Shown in pieces: positions 23,696-37,796 of a stretch of 64,000 nt of DNA; position 1 is the first letter of the stretch, and every line of letters begins with the position of its first letter. The notes under the pieces were generated by a model that was not told the DNA's origin, searched no databases, and saw nothing but the letters and a program-made list of their open reading frames with translations. The position numbers and the translations under genes are program-made. Location of the stretch: NCBI GenBank assembly GCA_976226885.1, contig OZ320315.1, positions 53,630,001 through 53,694,000 of the forward strand, given 5' to 3'. Source of the DNA: Iphione sp. A-MEVVRFRX5 (taxonomy: Eukaryota).

Positions 23696-24442
23696 CAGTA
23701 GAGTCTTAATTTCCGACCTATACGATTACCGACCAAACTGGCTATTCTGACCATTTCAGCTGGGAACCGAAATTTTCTCCAAACAAACCAATATGATTGG
23801 TTATTGATTCCTGACCAAATCAATTTCTGACCATTCTCAGCATCCAACCAATCGATAAAAGTTCAATAATAGCACATTTTACTATCAATTTGTGACCTCT
23901 CTGGTGTACCTCACACCCTGGAGAGGCTGGTGAGAAGGACTGGGGGTATCAATGGCAACCTCTCTTATGTTTCTCACATCCTGCAAAACTGGTTGGGAGA
24001 GGCCAGGGGTGTCAACGGCGACCTTTCCGATGTTGCTCAAATCTTGAAATCAATCTAAACCTGCCTATTCCTGGTCTAAACCCGTCCATTCATGGTCTAT
24101 ACCGGCCGGGGGTGTCAACGGCGACCTCTCTGATGTCCCTCACACCTGGGATAAGGATTGAAACAGTGGTCGGGAGAGGCCAGGGGTGTCAATGGCGACC
24201 TCGCTGATGTACCTCACACTGTCTATCATGTTATAGATGATATGAAATATCTTCTAATTTGTTTATCATTTGCATAAGAACTGCACAATTTCTACTGATA
24301 TGTCTCTGCCTCCATGAAAAACCGCACAATTTCCACCAATATGCTTCAACCTCCATGAATAAACCACAAATTTCTCCTGATATGCCTCAACCTCCATGAA
24401 AACCATATAAATCTCTCTGTTCTCTCTCACACCTGTATCTCC

Positions 24443-24504
<62 letters not shown>

Positions 24505-24643
24505 CAACAGCGACCTCTCTAATGTACCGTACCTCACACCAAGGAGTGGCCTTAACCCCTACTCAATCAATTTCTGACCAAACTTGCTACTCCAACCATT
24601 TGAGCTCGAACCTGATCACTGGTCGGAAATAGAGACTCCACTG
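23696..24643. mobile_element. Non-autonomous Tc1/mariner-pogo (Tigger-like) DNA transposon with internal tandem repeats
   Basis: 23-bp terminal inverted repeats CAGTAGAGTCTTAATTTCCGACC (23696-23718) and GGTCGGAAATAGAGACTCCACTG (24621-24643), 20/23 matching. TA on the left flank, TG on the right. Inside are repeats of ggggtgtcaacggcgacctct (about 23940-24220) and cctccatgaa (about 24310-24400), plus a (CT)n tract. Confidence 0.72.
24446..24501. repeat. (CT)n microsatellite
   Basis: Direct reading. Confidence 0.97.
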
Positions 24644-25399
24644 TGCCTCTGACACTACCCTGGACTCACTACTAAGAAATAATTAGGTACAGATAGCTAT
24701 ACTTAATAACTTAGGTATGATACATCTTCTGGGATATACCTGCAGTAATTTTTGTGAAGAAAAAGTGTTTTCGACACATACTGTCTCTCTCTCGTAAACA
24801 TACACATACAATGCTCTGTTTGTCTCGGGGTTAATCTATAGGAGTGCTTCATACCATCCCGTTAAGTTTCATTACCATAAGATTCAGGAAGCTATGGTGA
24901 AGGGATATTTCTATGAAAGCAATGAAAACACTTCAACTTCAAGATGATAAAAATAACAACACCAACATAAAAAGACTGACATACTTCGAAGTGAACAGTA
25001 TGGCTTATCAAAAGGAGACTTGATACACATACAGCGTAGGACTACTAGGAGAGAAGGGGCATTTTCAGTTGTGTCTTTCGAAAACGAGGGACATCTAATC
25101 AATAAAAACTATTGGTGCTGGGCTGCTTTTGGTCATTATCTAAAAAAAATCAGTATTATTCTATATATTTTTAAAGAGAACGTAATGTAAATGTTACAGA
25201 TGAGGGAGTAAAAATACAGAGAAAGAAAGGGGAAGGATCCATTTGCGTAGAAAACAGTCCAAGGACTTTAAGCAGCCACAGACACAATACGTACTACGAT
25301 TTTGGTATAAAGATATCGATGGTCATGTAAACAGCAAATTCTCTGTCTGTTCACTTCTGTAAAAGGCACGCGTCATGCTCATGAACTAATACTGCCTCA

Positions 25400-25830
25400 A
25401 TACATACCCGATTCGTATTGGAGGGGTCTTTGTTTAATGTAGAATGATATCAAATGCTTTATGTCTCGAGTCGTCTTCCAAAACAGCCATGTCTTGCAGA
25501 ATACTACCAGTATATCCGGTTTATTTTCTTGAACCAATCAGCGCAAACCTTACCGGAAGCGACCTAGTTAGCGGTGAACCTGTTGGAGGGCCGCTGCTCG
25601 GAGGTAAACATATCGATTCGTGCAGCGTGCTGATATGAGCGAGTGTGAAGTCTGGCTTGGATCGCAATGCGTGTACTGTATTTTCAGAAAAATGCGATAA
25701 AGCGAAGATGCCAGCTTCTAGGAACGTAGGATTACATCTAGGTGAATTTGGCGACCTGGAGAGACTTTGTACATCGTGGGAGTGGTCACAGGCGTAGCCG
25801 TTCCGACTGGCTGGAGCGCACGTCACCTTT
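25400..25830. promoter_or_regulatory. Promoter-like CpG-rich segment, possibly bidirectional
   Basis: CCAAT (25534-25538) and an ETS-type CCGGAAG (25553-25559) lie in locally CpG-rich DNA. A minus-strand donor CGG|GTATGT sits at 25408, and a candidate plus-strand coding exon is about 400 bp downstream. Confidence 0.45.
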
Positions 25831-25947
25831 CAGCTGAGAGTGGTGATCACGAAACTTTTCTCCTTAAACTTTCAGAAACTTCTCAGACGTAAAGACATGT
25901 TTTCGTGAGTAAATGTTGATATGAAGATTTGTAGATATTACTTCATC

Positions 25948-26004
25948 ATGGATTACGGGTCCAGTGCGATGATTGTCATCTTCGGATCACTGTGTCTGTC
26001 GCAG
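25948..26004 (+). CDS. Candidate first coding exon encoding the start of a signal peptide (MDYGSSAMIVIFGSLCLSQ)
   Basis: ATG at 25948, 19 codons with a hydrophobic core, ending at a consensus donor CAG|GTGAGT in phase 0. Confidence 0.45.
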
Positions 26005-26959
26005 GTGAGTTGGACAACAACTTCAGAGGGAAACCAAAGGGTTTCCACGGGGGTTTTCCTCTTGGCGCGGTGGGTCGACTTGCCTGCTCGCTAAGGGTGG
26101 TTTCAGCTGCTGTGAACTGAGTGGCAGTACCGCGTGGAGGGTTTCTCGTGGGGCGTCTTTTTTTTTTTTTTTTGCCTGCTTTCCCCGAGATCATGGTTTT
26201 CATGCTTTGTTCCTCAACTTAAAGTTAAGTTAACAGCGCTCATTCCTGTGGATTGGTTTCCTGCAGCTGAATTCACCATGGAAATCCTTGGATCTAGCCA
26301 CCTGTAGTGCTGCTCTTTTTGCTGTTAAGGTCTAAGTGTTGTAAATTGTTATATCGAAACATTATTTTGATATGGGTATAAATAGCTGGAATAAAATCTA
26401 AAGTTAAATTGCATGAATTGAACCGTCTGTTTCATTCCAATGACAGCATAGATGACAGAATATGCATGGACTTGCAAAAGAACAGTGGAGACGTTAGAAA
26501 TACATGTACTTGCATTAACGTGGATCAAAGGTGTTAAGCCTGCCAAATCCATAAGCCTTTGTACTTTTTGTATTCGACTACCATCCTCTTCCCATTCACT
26601 GCGCACACGGTAGTATAGAGGTCTTCCACTGTACATTGTGGACACCCCACTGATAAACAAATATGTTCACACGGACTCCCGAGGTTTCACAATGATGAAT
26701 TGTTCTTCATCCACTTTATTTGAAAGTTGGCTACAACTCAAGGAGCTTTAAAGGGATAATACCTATTGGCTTGGCCTTTACCTTAACTTGCAGTACGCAG
26801 TGCAGACAATGCATGACATGACAGGACCGGTAACAATAACAATTAAGAGTCATATCCTTGTGCACCGTGGTCAGGACGTGTTACGTGAACATATATTGTA
26901 TCATGATGTCGCCCTTACTGCATATGCTTTCTGTACATGCATATGGCCGAAAGGGACAT

Positions 26960-27241
26960 ATTATTTCCCATAACCATCGGAATTGTGTGAAAATATGTAT
27001 TTTTTTATCACATGCACACCTATCATGATTGCTTCATCACCTGAAAACAGCCGTTTTTCTTGTACTTTCATGCTAAACATGGCAACATGACTATGAAAAT
27101 CAGGACTGTGTTCCAGTCTGAAACATGGAGCACTTATAGCATGGCCATGTAATTGCACATGGAAACACTGCCTGTGTGGGACATTTACCCCCAAATCGTG
27201 GGGCCATGGTGGAAAACACGGGCACATGGAAATCGAGTCTA
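26960..27241. repeat. Partial copy of a CATG-rich dispersed repeat
   Basis: Ends in gcacatggaaatcgagtcta (27222-27241), the reverse complement (19/20) of 63158-63177, with similar CATG-rich composition. Confidence 0.5.
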
Positions 27242-27399
27242 GAGGTTCTTCTCACACAACTTTGAAAGGGCCCTTTGGTTATGTTAACTTAATACCCACC
27301 AACGAGTTTTCCTGCATGGTGCTTCATACTAGACAGTGTGGGCGTTTCTTACACTGAATGCCCGGCGCTGTTCTCGGCGAAATCTAACATTTCACACAG

Positions 27400-27537
27400 C
27401 TGCTGGCCCAACAAGTGGAGAACCTAGGATGCCGCGCACGGCGCCACGCCGTATCAGCTGCAAGTAGACAGGGGCCGCTCCCATCTCGATCCAGTCCCCT
27501 CCGCCAAGGTGTGGGGTGTGATCGTGGGCTTGTCTGA
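27400..27537 (+). other. Candidate alternative exon (LLAQQVENLGCRARRHAV...GCDRGLV*)
   Basis: Branch-point-like CTAAC and an acceptor (atttcacacAG) precede an open phase-0 frame in GC-rich DNA. Other frames on both strands are also open, so this is ambiguous. Confidence 0.22.
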
Positions 27538-30500
27538 GGACATGAGCCAGAGCTCCGCTCGGATAAAAAAAAATACAGCGATAGCTGTCGTTCTGGGCAC
27601 GTGTATTTACATGACCCCACACTGGATAGACCATATATTCTCTTGCGTGGTTGCCCTCCACTCGTACGCGATGTTTACCTCGGCCTAGCTATTTGATACA
27701 CGAAAGCAGTAGGGCCATTGACCAGTGCGTAAACACAGGGCCATCTAGGCCGTAGCAGACACAGCTTCGAATTTCGTCTGCTCGTTCCTCCGTTTTGCAC
27801 TAGTTATATTTCTTTTTGTCTCAAGCTGATAACAATCAATTTTTTTTCGGGTTACCTGATAAACATCTGATAAAGACGCCAATTTCCCCATCTAATAGAG
27901 TAAATTTAATTGAGACTGGGTTCACCATCATCCAAAGTAGCGAGTAAGCAAAAGGTGACTGTTAATTTGCTATAGTTCTCTCAAATGTGTTTCAAATTAT
28001 AAGAAGGATAATTTAATTTGTTCTTTTCATTGTAAAGGACGCGATTGTATTTTAGTTCATGTCAGTTTAAGAGCGAGCATAATGAAGCAGTTATCTTCAT
28101 AAAAGTACACTGAAGAGCTTGACCCTCAGAGCAACAAAGAATAGGGTAAATTACAAGAAGCACAGCCTGAAGAATACATACAGAGGGAAAAATAGCAGCA
28201 TGGCAAGCACAAACTGGTGTGAAACAGTCTTGCGTTCTGAGCTGAGCAAAAGTTGTTTAGGAAAGTGCCTCTCCCTGTACTTGAATTCGCCAGTCTAACC
28301 AGCTCTGCCTCTTGCCAAGCTTACAAAGATAACGTCTGGGAAGATTCAGTACCAGGAGCGACGTCTCGTTTGGCTGATTGGTACATGAAGTATGCAAGGA
28401 GAAGGAAATCATCCATTCTAATTGCATAATAGGCTGTTTAACCCAGTGAATTGAGATTACTCCCAGGCACACATAATTAGATCCACTATAATCGAGTCTT
28501 TTTCCTTACCAATAAATTAATTGATGATCCATCGAGGTTCTGTCTCTCGCGCTGATCTAATGCTTCTTGCTTTTATGGAATGCACTCCATTTTTGCCACA
28601 GATCTGGCTCGTAGGCTCAAGTATATAGTGTGATCCATAGTCTAGTTAAAGGGACTGTATGTAATGTTTTGTAGGCTAAAACAGATTTATAATTAACGGT
28701 GTTGCGGTGCAAGTACTCTGGTGGCCTAAATGCAACGACTAAAATTGGATGTCTCTTTTGAACAGAGACTAACTTGTGGGTATCGCCCAGAAGTATCTTA
28801 ATTTCATGGCTTCCTTATCAATCACCATTCGTCATATGTACTGTAATTCTGTAGCGTTTCTCTTCGACAAACGAAGCGACCAGAGACCATGTTCACTTTT
28901 TACCATACTGTTCTTAATTTTACAGTTAATGTGCTTTTAACCATATGTCATATCGTAAGATCAAACATTTCATTTCTATGCAGCAGTGTACCAGGCAGGT
29001 GGACGTCCCAGGTTTTGAAGACAACCAATTGGCTGTAAATTAGTGCCGGTCTATTTTCTCGTGCACACATTACGATAATTGTAGCAGAAATCACAATAAC
29101 ATGATTACTAGCAGCAGTCATGTGATGGTAATTACGGATGATGCGGACAATAAGGCAGCATGTAGTTGAAATTAAGGTCACCTCCTGTCGTCAATATTAA
29201 CAAACACGTCAAGCTATCACCACTCCTCCCTTGATAACATTCTTCTCTATACACGTACTTGTATTAACCATAGAGATGTCTAATGAAAATATGTCAGCAC
29301 GGTTACCACCGTCTTCTGTCGGGTGCTCAGCTCGTGTAACAGCCCCCACCTGTTCCTCTTTCTTTCAGACCATTGTCCATCGCTCTTTATATACTTTGTA
29401 AGACAATAAACCCCACAGCGTCCTTTCACCCGCGGCTTCCCTCCCCCTTGGAGGCCTGTGCTCAGGGCAGATGCTTGTACTTGTTGGCGGCTTGTTGCCA
29501 TCGTCGGATATTCATTAATGTGGCCCCGGGCTTACACCAGCAGGTGTAGGTCACTCTCTCCTCGAGGCTGTTCTTTTCTTTTAGAAAGAAAAGCGCGAAA
29601 TCATCCAATTCTGACCTATTTGGCAGATATTCAGAATATGGGTAAACCAGGTTACGTCATCCTGTGATAAAGTAGCTGATGTTAAATCTAATGAGATTAA
29701 TCTAGTTGTCCTGTTTATATGTAATCCGCTTGTGGTGGTTTAGTTATTACCTTGAATTAGTGCCTTTAGTTTTGATCATGACTCCAATGGCATGTAAAGT
29801 ATTGACCCGGGGAGTTCCATGAGCTTTCAACCGCAGGATTACTCATCTAAGAAATCGAAAGTTTTCTTTTGAAAGTAACCGAAATGTAGGGACGTTGCGT
29901 TTGAAATGGGGGAATATGCATGTACACTATTTGCTGATGCTATACGGATTAGTAGCGACCTTGAAAGCTTAACAAATGCATGTCTGAACAGCAGTTGTAA
30001 GACCGGCATGGCTGATTGCACAACAAATGAAAGAAATTTCCGTCCGTAACGGTCGAAATTGCAGGGTTCCTGGGCTGCCTACTGTGTATTCTGCATGATT
30101 AGCCTTCCAAAGCCATCCTCAAGGTAATTTAGCAGGGTCGCTAATTACTAGTTTGAAGTACCACTTGAGTTGGCAACTGCGAATTGCTTCTGCATCTGGT
30201 GAAACAAAACTACCTGCGCCTTGGAAATGGCGTAAAGTACTTTGGTCTTAGTGTGCCAATGATAAAAAAGTACAAACTACATGTAGCAAAGAATGGTTTT
30301 CTGGATGACGCCTCCCTTTGTGCTTGTTTTAAAATAACGTCTAGCGGTGTGGGAAATCAGCGTTACCGCCGAAATAGACTAGTAAAAAGACCACCGTTAA
30401 AATTCATATGTAGACATAGCCTTGTCCGAGAAACTTTAACCGTATATTCAACATTGAATTGGCGACTCCAGTTCAACGGGTTCATCGGGCTCTGTACTTT

Positions 30501-33500
30501 AGTCCGGGACAAAGGGACTACTGTCTAACATTTTACCGAGTGTATTAGATGAACGTGTACGTGTCCGTCTTGACAAGCAAATACTCATTCGCGTAGGGAC
30601 GAACAGAAACCTACCTAGGAAGAACGGCATGAGAAAGGAGTAATTATCATAATGAAGCCCTGTCTCTGACTGGCTTCCGGGATTGCCCCCTTCGCTCTGG
30701 TCAGTCAAGCCTGAACGTCCTCAGGTCGCCACACTGGCACGTCTGGCTCATTTCTCTTGGTTTAACATCTTTCATACAACTACACAGAAACGTCTTCCAC
30801 GAGACCAGAGGACTCTCCAAAATAACATTACAACCGAGGTTGCAAACGGCCTTGAACTGGTTGCGTGTCAGTGTCCATAAATGCAGTCGATAGCGTTTGA
30901 ATACGGCGAACGGATCGATTCACGGTGCGTTTATTCGCCAAGTCGCAGCTGCACCCAGCGCTCCGTGACAACTTGACGGTCACTTTTCCGTCTGATCGGC
31001 TCCCGGGGCTGCAGGTGTGACTCGTGCGCCTTCGCGAGCTCGGCTTGTTCGGTTCCCTGCTTTATTGATGCCATCTGACCGTACGGAACGAAGGTCAAAC
31101 GATGTCATGGTCGCATATGACGGTGGGCAGAAGTAAAGGTGAAAAGTATGCAGCATTTTGTACTGACTGGGGGGAGGGGGGGATTGTTACACATCATCCG
31201 CCATGAATAGCATATACCTGTACACTGTGGGGACAAATATAGGGGAAGGTGACTTCTTCTCTCCTACAGGGAGCGCATGACGTAAGACAGGTTTATCTAT
31301 GAAGATCTCCCGAGATATTCAATTGGGACATGTCATAATGAACGCGGGACGAATGGTCCCGTGCAGGAGCGAACTCTGATAACTAATTATCTAGGTTCTC
31401 CCGACCCGACAGGCACGCATTAGGGATGGTAGGCTGGGCACGTAAATACTGCGTCGTGATACGTGTCTATGTAACCTCGTTCATTGGCGAGTATCATGAT
31501 CAGAACTTTCCCTTTTTGAGAACATGGATTGGGTGCGTTCTGAAGTTGTACGACTTGTCTGGACCGGCTGCTCGTCGGTTGTAGTAGACATTCGGAAATG
31601 CTGTCAGAAAAAAACAAGAAAACGAACAGTTGAGGTTGACCGCAAATAGCCACAATGACGGTATGTAACGATAATCTAGGCTATGAGAGGGGAAAATGAG
31701 TATGATCATCTCACAGTAAGAGTGATGAGTCATCGAGTTAATACTTCCTTTAAGGAACGTCCAAGAAGACATTGCTAGCCCTCAGTCGACCATTCATAAT
31801 ACAGGTGGTACCAGGATATTGGAGTTGAATTAAAATCTGACTTGAACGAGAATGTTTAGACCTGTGTGTCGTGACGCACTAAGCAAACCTCGCCGTGCGT
31901 AGTATTCTGACCACATTCCGCGGACTATAAATATGGCGTCACCCGTCTAAACCGCGGGCTGGAGGACACATCCAAGAGAGATTAACATTGCCTGTCAGGG
32001 TCCGCGTTATTCGTAGAGTCGCATTCATTGTTGGTGGTGGTGACGGCGTCGTCACCGATGACCAATGCACGGCCCGGCTATATAAGGCATTCCCGGCGGT
32101 GTGGCATTTCTATAGGTTTATTGTTATGGATGGGCCGAGGGAAGGAGGAGGCACAGCAGGGTGGCTGGCCTGACCTACGCGCTGTCCACCTCCTTCAGGT
32201 GTGACTCAGGATCCCAGGTTGGCCCGTCCCACCTGTCGTCCGCGCCCCGTACCCTTCCGATGAACATATTGGTGTGTACGGGGCAGCCGACGGCGGGCGA
32301 CCAGCAGCACTCCAAGTGGTGGTTTCCGTTATTTAGTCTCGCCTGAAAGGACCCGGAACCGACTGGCTCCCCTCCTAGAGGTGACGCCCGACTGAAAGTG
32401 TCGCTGCTCGTATTCGTTTCTCACGAACCGATGTTAATTCGACCGTGTATTCTTAAGGGTAGCCCCCGGGGGTCATATTGGGGATTTTTCCTGAGAGACC
32501 TGATGTGGATCAGTCCCACGACTAGTGTCATTTCAGCGGTCGTCAGGGCTTTTACAGTATCCCTCCGGATTAAACCGAATGATTCATCTACAAAATGTGC
32601 GTAAACACCACTTAATGAATGCTGTGGAATGGCGTGCTTCATAAGATTTTTGAACTGCCCCCCGCCCCCCCTCCCAAAAAAAAATCTGAATCATCATCGT
32701 CATCGGAGAACGTTGGAATGCCCTTCCATCCGTGTAGAAGTTTGGAATTCTTCCGTCTTATCTTGACTTGTCGAATCTAAATGAGATAAATACTCGTGGG
32801 GCCCCCGACCGCTTTGACCGTCCAATTTTAAAACGAAATCCCAGCCCCTGACTGCGAGGTGACCCCCGCAGGGATGTGCGATCAAACTACCGTGACCTGA
32901 TAATGATGACCCTGCAGTTAAAAAAAACGATAAATCACACCCGACTTTTTAGCATCTGGTAGACACCAAACGACCGCCCACCTGACTGCCCAAGCGGTGC
33001 AGGGGATGGCAAGGGTGCAGACCAGACAGAAGTGGAAGGGTCGCAGGTGTGCTGAGAAGGAGGAAGGTGGGGGGTGGGGTTGGGAGATAATTGGGGCGGC
33101 AGCAGCTTTGATCTGGGCAATTTCATCAAGTGGCCCGCCTTGCCTTCACGGTTCAGCCCTCTGTGCCCAGTCCAAGGTGGTCCATGGACGGCTCGAGGTG
33201 GCGATGCTGTGTGGGCCGATAGTGCTTGAGTATGGAGCCTGTCTTAACACAGACATCAATACTATACCGTGAAGACGGGCCTGTATGCAGTTGGAACGGC
33301 CCATTGGCGGGGGTTCAAATCCCCCCTCCCCCCATTCGTCACCGTCAACCATGAAAAAAAGGCCACTCTTATATTCGTCGGACAATAAACGGAGGGCACA
33401 GTGGTCACCTTCCCAAGGAAACAACGAGCACAGTTCCCACATTTCTCCTTGCCAGCCGTGTCCCGCCCGGCCCGTCAGGCTACACCTGGGTGAAGGTAAT

Positions 33501-36500
33501 GACTTTCAAAGGTCAACGCTGAAAATGTCTGAGCAATAAAAGCTCCCTGGATAACAAAGAGTGATTGGTAACAACAGTGAATGTTGATGAGCACAAATGC
33601 TAAGTTTTCCCGTCCAAAGCCTCAGCCAATGTAGTCTTCTCAGCTTGCACTAAACTTTATGGCCAATGCAAGACTCACAAAAATCTTTCATCAAAATCTC
33701 CCTTCTTTGACATAATGGCGAGCGTTGCCTCGAAATGAATGGCGAGGTTTTAATAAGTCCACATGTAGTATTGTTCAGTAGGTGGCAACAGGAGGGACTT
33801 GGTTTTTATTGCTTGCCCATTCAGAGCAGTAGCAAAAGTATCTCAGTGCTTCCCACGGCAAAAACGGACAAAGCTAATACTGTCCCTGTTTAAGGAAATC
33901 TCGACCACTTTGTATTGTCTGAATCGACTACTTAGTTTTATTACTGGCTTAACTCGGCTGAGTATTATAATGGACAGAGATACATTGGCTCGTCACGGTA
34001 TTGGCTTCCCTCTGTCGCGTTTTAGTCCAGCTCTAGCAAAGGCCATCCAGAGTCACGTTACGCTACATTGACTTCCCGCAGCTACGGTTCAGATCATAAC
34101 TGTGTGCCGGTAAGATGTGCGCTGGTGGTTGGTTATTATAGCTATTTAATTGATTTGACTTCCGCTGACTGTGGAGTGATCGAATCGAGCAGCAGCGCGT
34201 GTGGCTGGTGATGGCCTGATGAGATGTCGACGACATGATTCACAACCGAATGTATGTTTTTTGGACATTAATCGCCACTATTTTACCTACTACGTAACAT
34301 AGATTTCGTTGTAGCCGTCGTCTCGACTTGCCAGTTGTGTCTGTCTTGCCACGTACGTGGCCGTCGTGGTGCGTGTACCCTTTTAGTGTCTTCTCACGAA
34401 CAGTGTGACTTGTGACTCAAGTTCTAACTAGAGCATGAAGGTGAGCATCCGTCTTCACTATGCACAAAGCGACGCCGGCCCATGAATGGTGATAGGACTG
34501 TGATACGAATGGCGTACAACCGAAGAGGAAAGAAGAAGAAAAAACACCTCAACACAGTGGAAATGAAAAAAAAACGCGTTTCGAGAAGACAAGGCCTACG
34601 TGTATTTTAAGCAGTAATCATTCGGTTCAAATTGCGCGTTAATGGAGACAAGCGTGGGCTTGAAATACGCCTCTTGACAGGACATTTAGCAGCCTTGGCG
34701 GTCAGCCATGGGTTACACTGAGTCAAGACAAGGAGTGTTCATCAGCTTACTCATGTATGGTCTCACGCCTGAAAAAGTTATATAAGTTATGACCTAAGTC
34801 TGACAGACTTGTGGGAAAATTACATATTGAGTAGTTTCAAGACAGGACGTTAAATACAACAACCTTGACGTTTTCCACGTTGTTCTAATTGTTACTTTCA
34901 TCAATTAGCTGTTTGAATGTGCCATTGATTACCGATATTTAATCCCCATAATGGTACTAAATATTTACTTCAATTATGCCTACATCTATTACTTAATAGA
35001 GTCAAATTAAAAGCTGAAATTATTCGGATTGGTAATTGCGTCAATGTAGTTAGCAAGTGTCTTCGATTACATAATTTTGCACCAAGTCTGCATGTTGTGT
35101 GATCTTGACTCTGGAGAAAATGCAATTATTATTCAAATCGCGCCGCTCCGACACAGTAATCTATTATGTAGCATTTCATGTAAGTGCGCTGACCGGAATC
35201 GAAATTAAGGGCCCTGCACGCGTTTCCTCGGCGGTATAGTTGTTGATGCGTAAACGTTCACCTTGCAACTAAGTAGGTTAGTTCTTTTTCTCGCTGTCGG
35301 TGTGAATGCACCCAATATTCCCTAGAGACCTATTATACATGATGCTTATATCATCGTCAAGGTATGCCAGTGTGTGTGTCTGTACATCTAGATAATTCTT
35401 TAGAGGTGTCGCGGGAACACAGCGGAATGGACAAACGCATGAGCCCTATTTGTTCTCCTGTCCCAGAAGCTCAAACCCAAACGCGGAGCTATGTCGGCCC
35501 GCACAGGAGACAGATGCCTGTGCGGTCCCCTTGTTTGTTTTCGGTATTAACGGTGAGAACGACGCAGGCAGGGTGGGGGGTGGGGGAAACGGTGGCTAAA
35601 AAAAGTCCACGCAGGAAAGGGGATTGCTTGGGCCCGCCTCCTCTATGGCCGACCCCAGACGAATAATGCCCGGATAGAAGTGCACATACACTTGCCCGAG
35701 GGGAGGTTGGGGTGCTAAACCTGGCGGGTGGGGTGGGGGTGCCCCATGGTCTACATATATGAACTATTGTGCGATATCTGGGGGGGGGGGCGGGTAGCTA
35801 CGATCTTGCCCTCCAATCCCAACGAATCCCCCGCGCCCATCTTCTTTCCATTCATAGGGAAGTGGGTAAAGTGCTGGGTTTGAGAGATGGGTCTTTTTCT
35901 CAGGGATATTTTGCAGGAGTGGTGTGCAAACTTCCTTTTGCACATTGTTCGAAGCACCATTTACAGTGGATTGCAAAGGAGCGTGTGAGAGTCAAGGGGG
36001 CGGCTTGCTGTCACCCCCCCCCCCCGCGTCGACTCCAACGTCCGATAGCTACGTCATCCAGCTGTTCATTCAAACGAAGATCCAAGCTGCACTTAGAGTA
36101 GAGTCAGCCATATTGATTCTCTCCTACCAAGCTGTACACAATGTATATGTTGGTTTCACGACCCCGAAACACTGGGGCGTGCAATATCAGGGAGTGTATA
36201 TTTGATACGAATTTGTGTCCAATGGTGACAATAAATGTATCCATTTATTTAGTGATACAGCAAGGGAGGATTTTGACATGCCAATAACTTTGGTATCGAA
36301 GAGTAGGCCAATGTTTATCTGGTGTATACATGTCGGGTTTTACCTACCATGCCATACGTTCAGTCGAAGTATAGTTTGTGATCTTTACTCACATTTCATC
36401 TTTCTATAGATTGTGTGTCTCAGTTTAGTGATTGTAAATAGGCATTCTGGTCTGAGTGATGCCTATAAGAGTTGGATGTGCACAGTCAGCTCAGCTATAT

Positions 36501-37783
36501 ACATTTACACACACACACTTTTACATGTGTTATCCATGAATTTTCCATGGATGCATTATAGTGTATGACTATAGACATGGGTATACCTAAAGAGAATAAT
36601 ATCAGCTGTCCCTGAGTTCAAATGTAGAAGTTCCCCCTGAATTCGTGCAATTGCACTTGGGTCCAGTTTGCGAGGCTGAAATTTACACGTATGCGCCAGT
36701 GAATGAGAGTAACACGGAGGCGTTAGTATTCAGTCATCGTACTAGATTTCAGGGCAATATGTAAAGTACTTGGGTTGTGATAAAAGGGGAGGCAAGAATG
36801 ACCGGTGGTCCCGTTTCCATATATAGTCATTCTTTACAGAACTGGCTCACCGTGGCCCAGTATTCACAAAGCTACATTCTTGGACTAGAGGCTCTCTCCT
36901 ACTGCATTCTTGTCACAAGATGAGTGTATTTCCATTGATTGAATCCAAGTAAGCCGTGTTGATCCGTGGACTAGTGGGTCTGCTCACTCAGTGCAAGTTT
37001 CAACTTACCTCCACACCGTCTTGAGCGGCTGTCGCCGCAAATTTGAGGAAGGGTTAACCATTGTCAACTTTACCCAGCGGGGGCATGCTTAGATTTGGGC
37101 GCCCAAAAATATGAGGAATTTAGGGAATGCGAGCTGAAAACAATTGTATAAAAATCACATTTCCATTGAAAAAGGACGGTTGGGAATGTGCACTGAATAA
37201 GAGTATAAAAACATGTTTTCATTGAACAAGAACAGTAGAAAGAGGCTCCGAACAAACGGCTTTTGTTCAGTATGTGTTCCTACCTCAGTAGGAAAAAAGC
37301 GGAAATGTCCGAGAGAAAGGGTTCTTACAAGGCATTGGTTTTATCTATGTAAATGGAACTGCAACCTGTTCTCGGATATTTGCAAGTTCACCTCCCCGTG
37401 TTAAATCGGCAAAAAGTACCAGGTGCTGGCTTGAAGTCACTGATTTAATGATATACCAAATACATGTAGTTTTTACGATTTGTCAGTGACCACTGCGTGT
37501 TATTTTGTGTTCATCCGGTATGAGTAGTACAATTATTTGTTTGACACATAGTAACGACCTGTCAAATCAAGGCATTGGTTGCAAATGGTGTATGCTTAGT
37601 GCGACGTTAAGTCCCCGATCCACTTTAGAGTTACTGGGGAAAAAATCTGGATATCGACCGGATATACTTTAACGTTTCTATGGATACACAATAATCACGT
37701 CAACATTTGCACTAGCTACTACCAAGACCTGCCTCGCTGTGGTAACAGCGTTTTAACAAAGCCGTTATGTGGAAGTGATCTTT

Positions 37784-37796
37784 TGATTTATGACAG
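37784..37796 (+). promoter_or_regulatory. Composite Pbx-Hox / Meis-type motif (TGATTTATGACAG)
   Basis: TGATTTAT overlaps TGACAG; another CTGTCA lies about 55 bp downstream. Motif match only. Confidence 0.25.

Noticed and set aside
33277-33334. tRNA-like fragment with a perfect T-arm GGGGG-TTCAAAT-CCCCC and an A-box-like start
   Set aside because: No acceptor-stem pairing and no anticodon arm; it lies in G/C homopolymer runs where such stems arise by chance.
34216-34245. CTGATGAG followed by a hairpin (hammerhead-like)
   Set aside because: No GAAA after the stem and no stems I or III.
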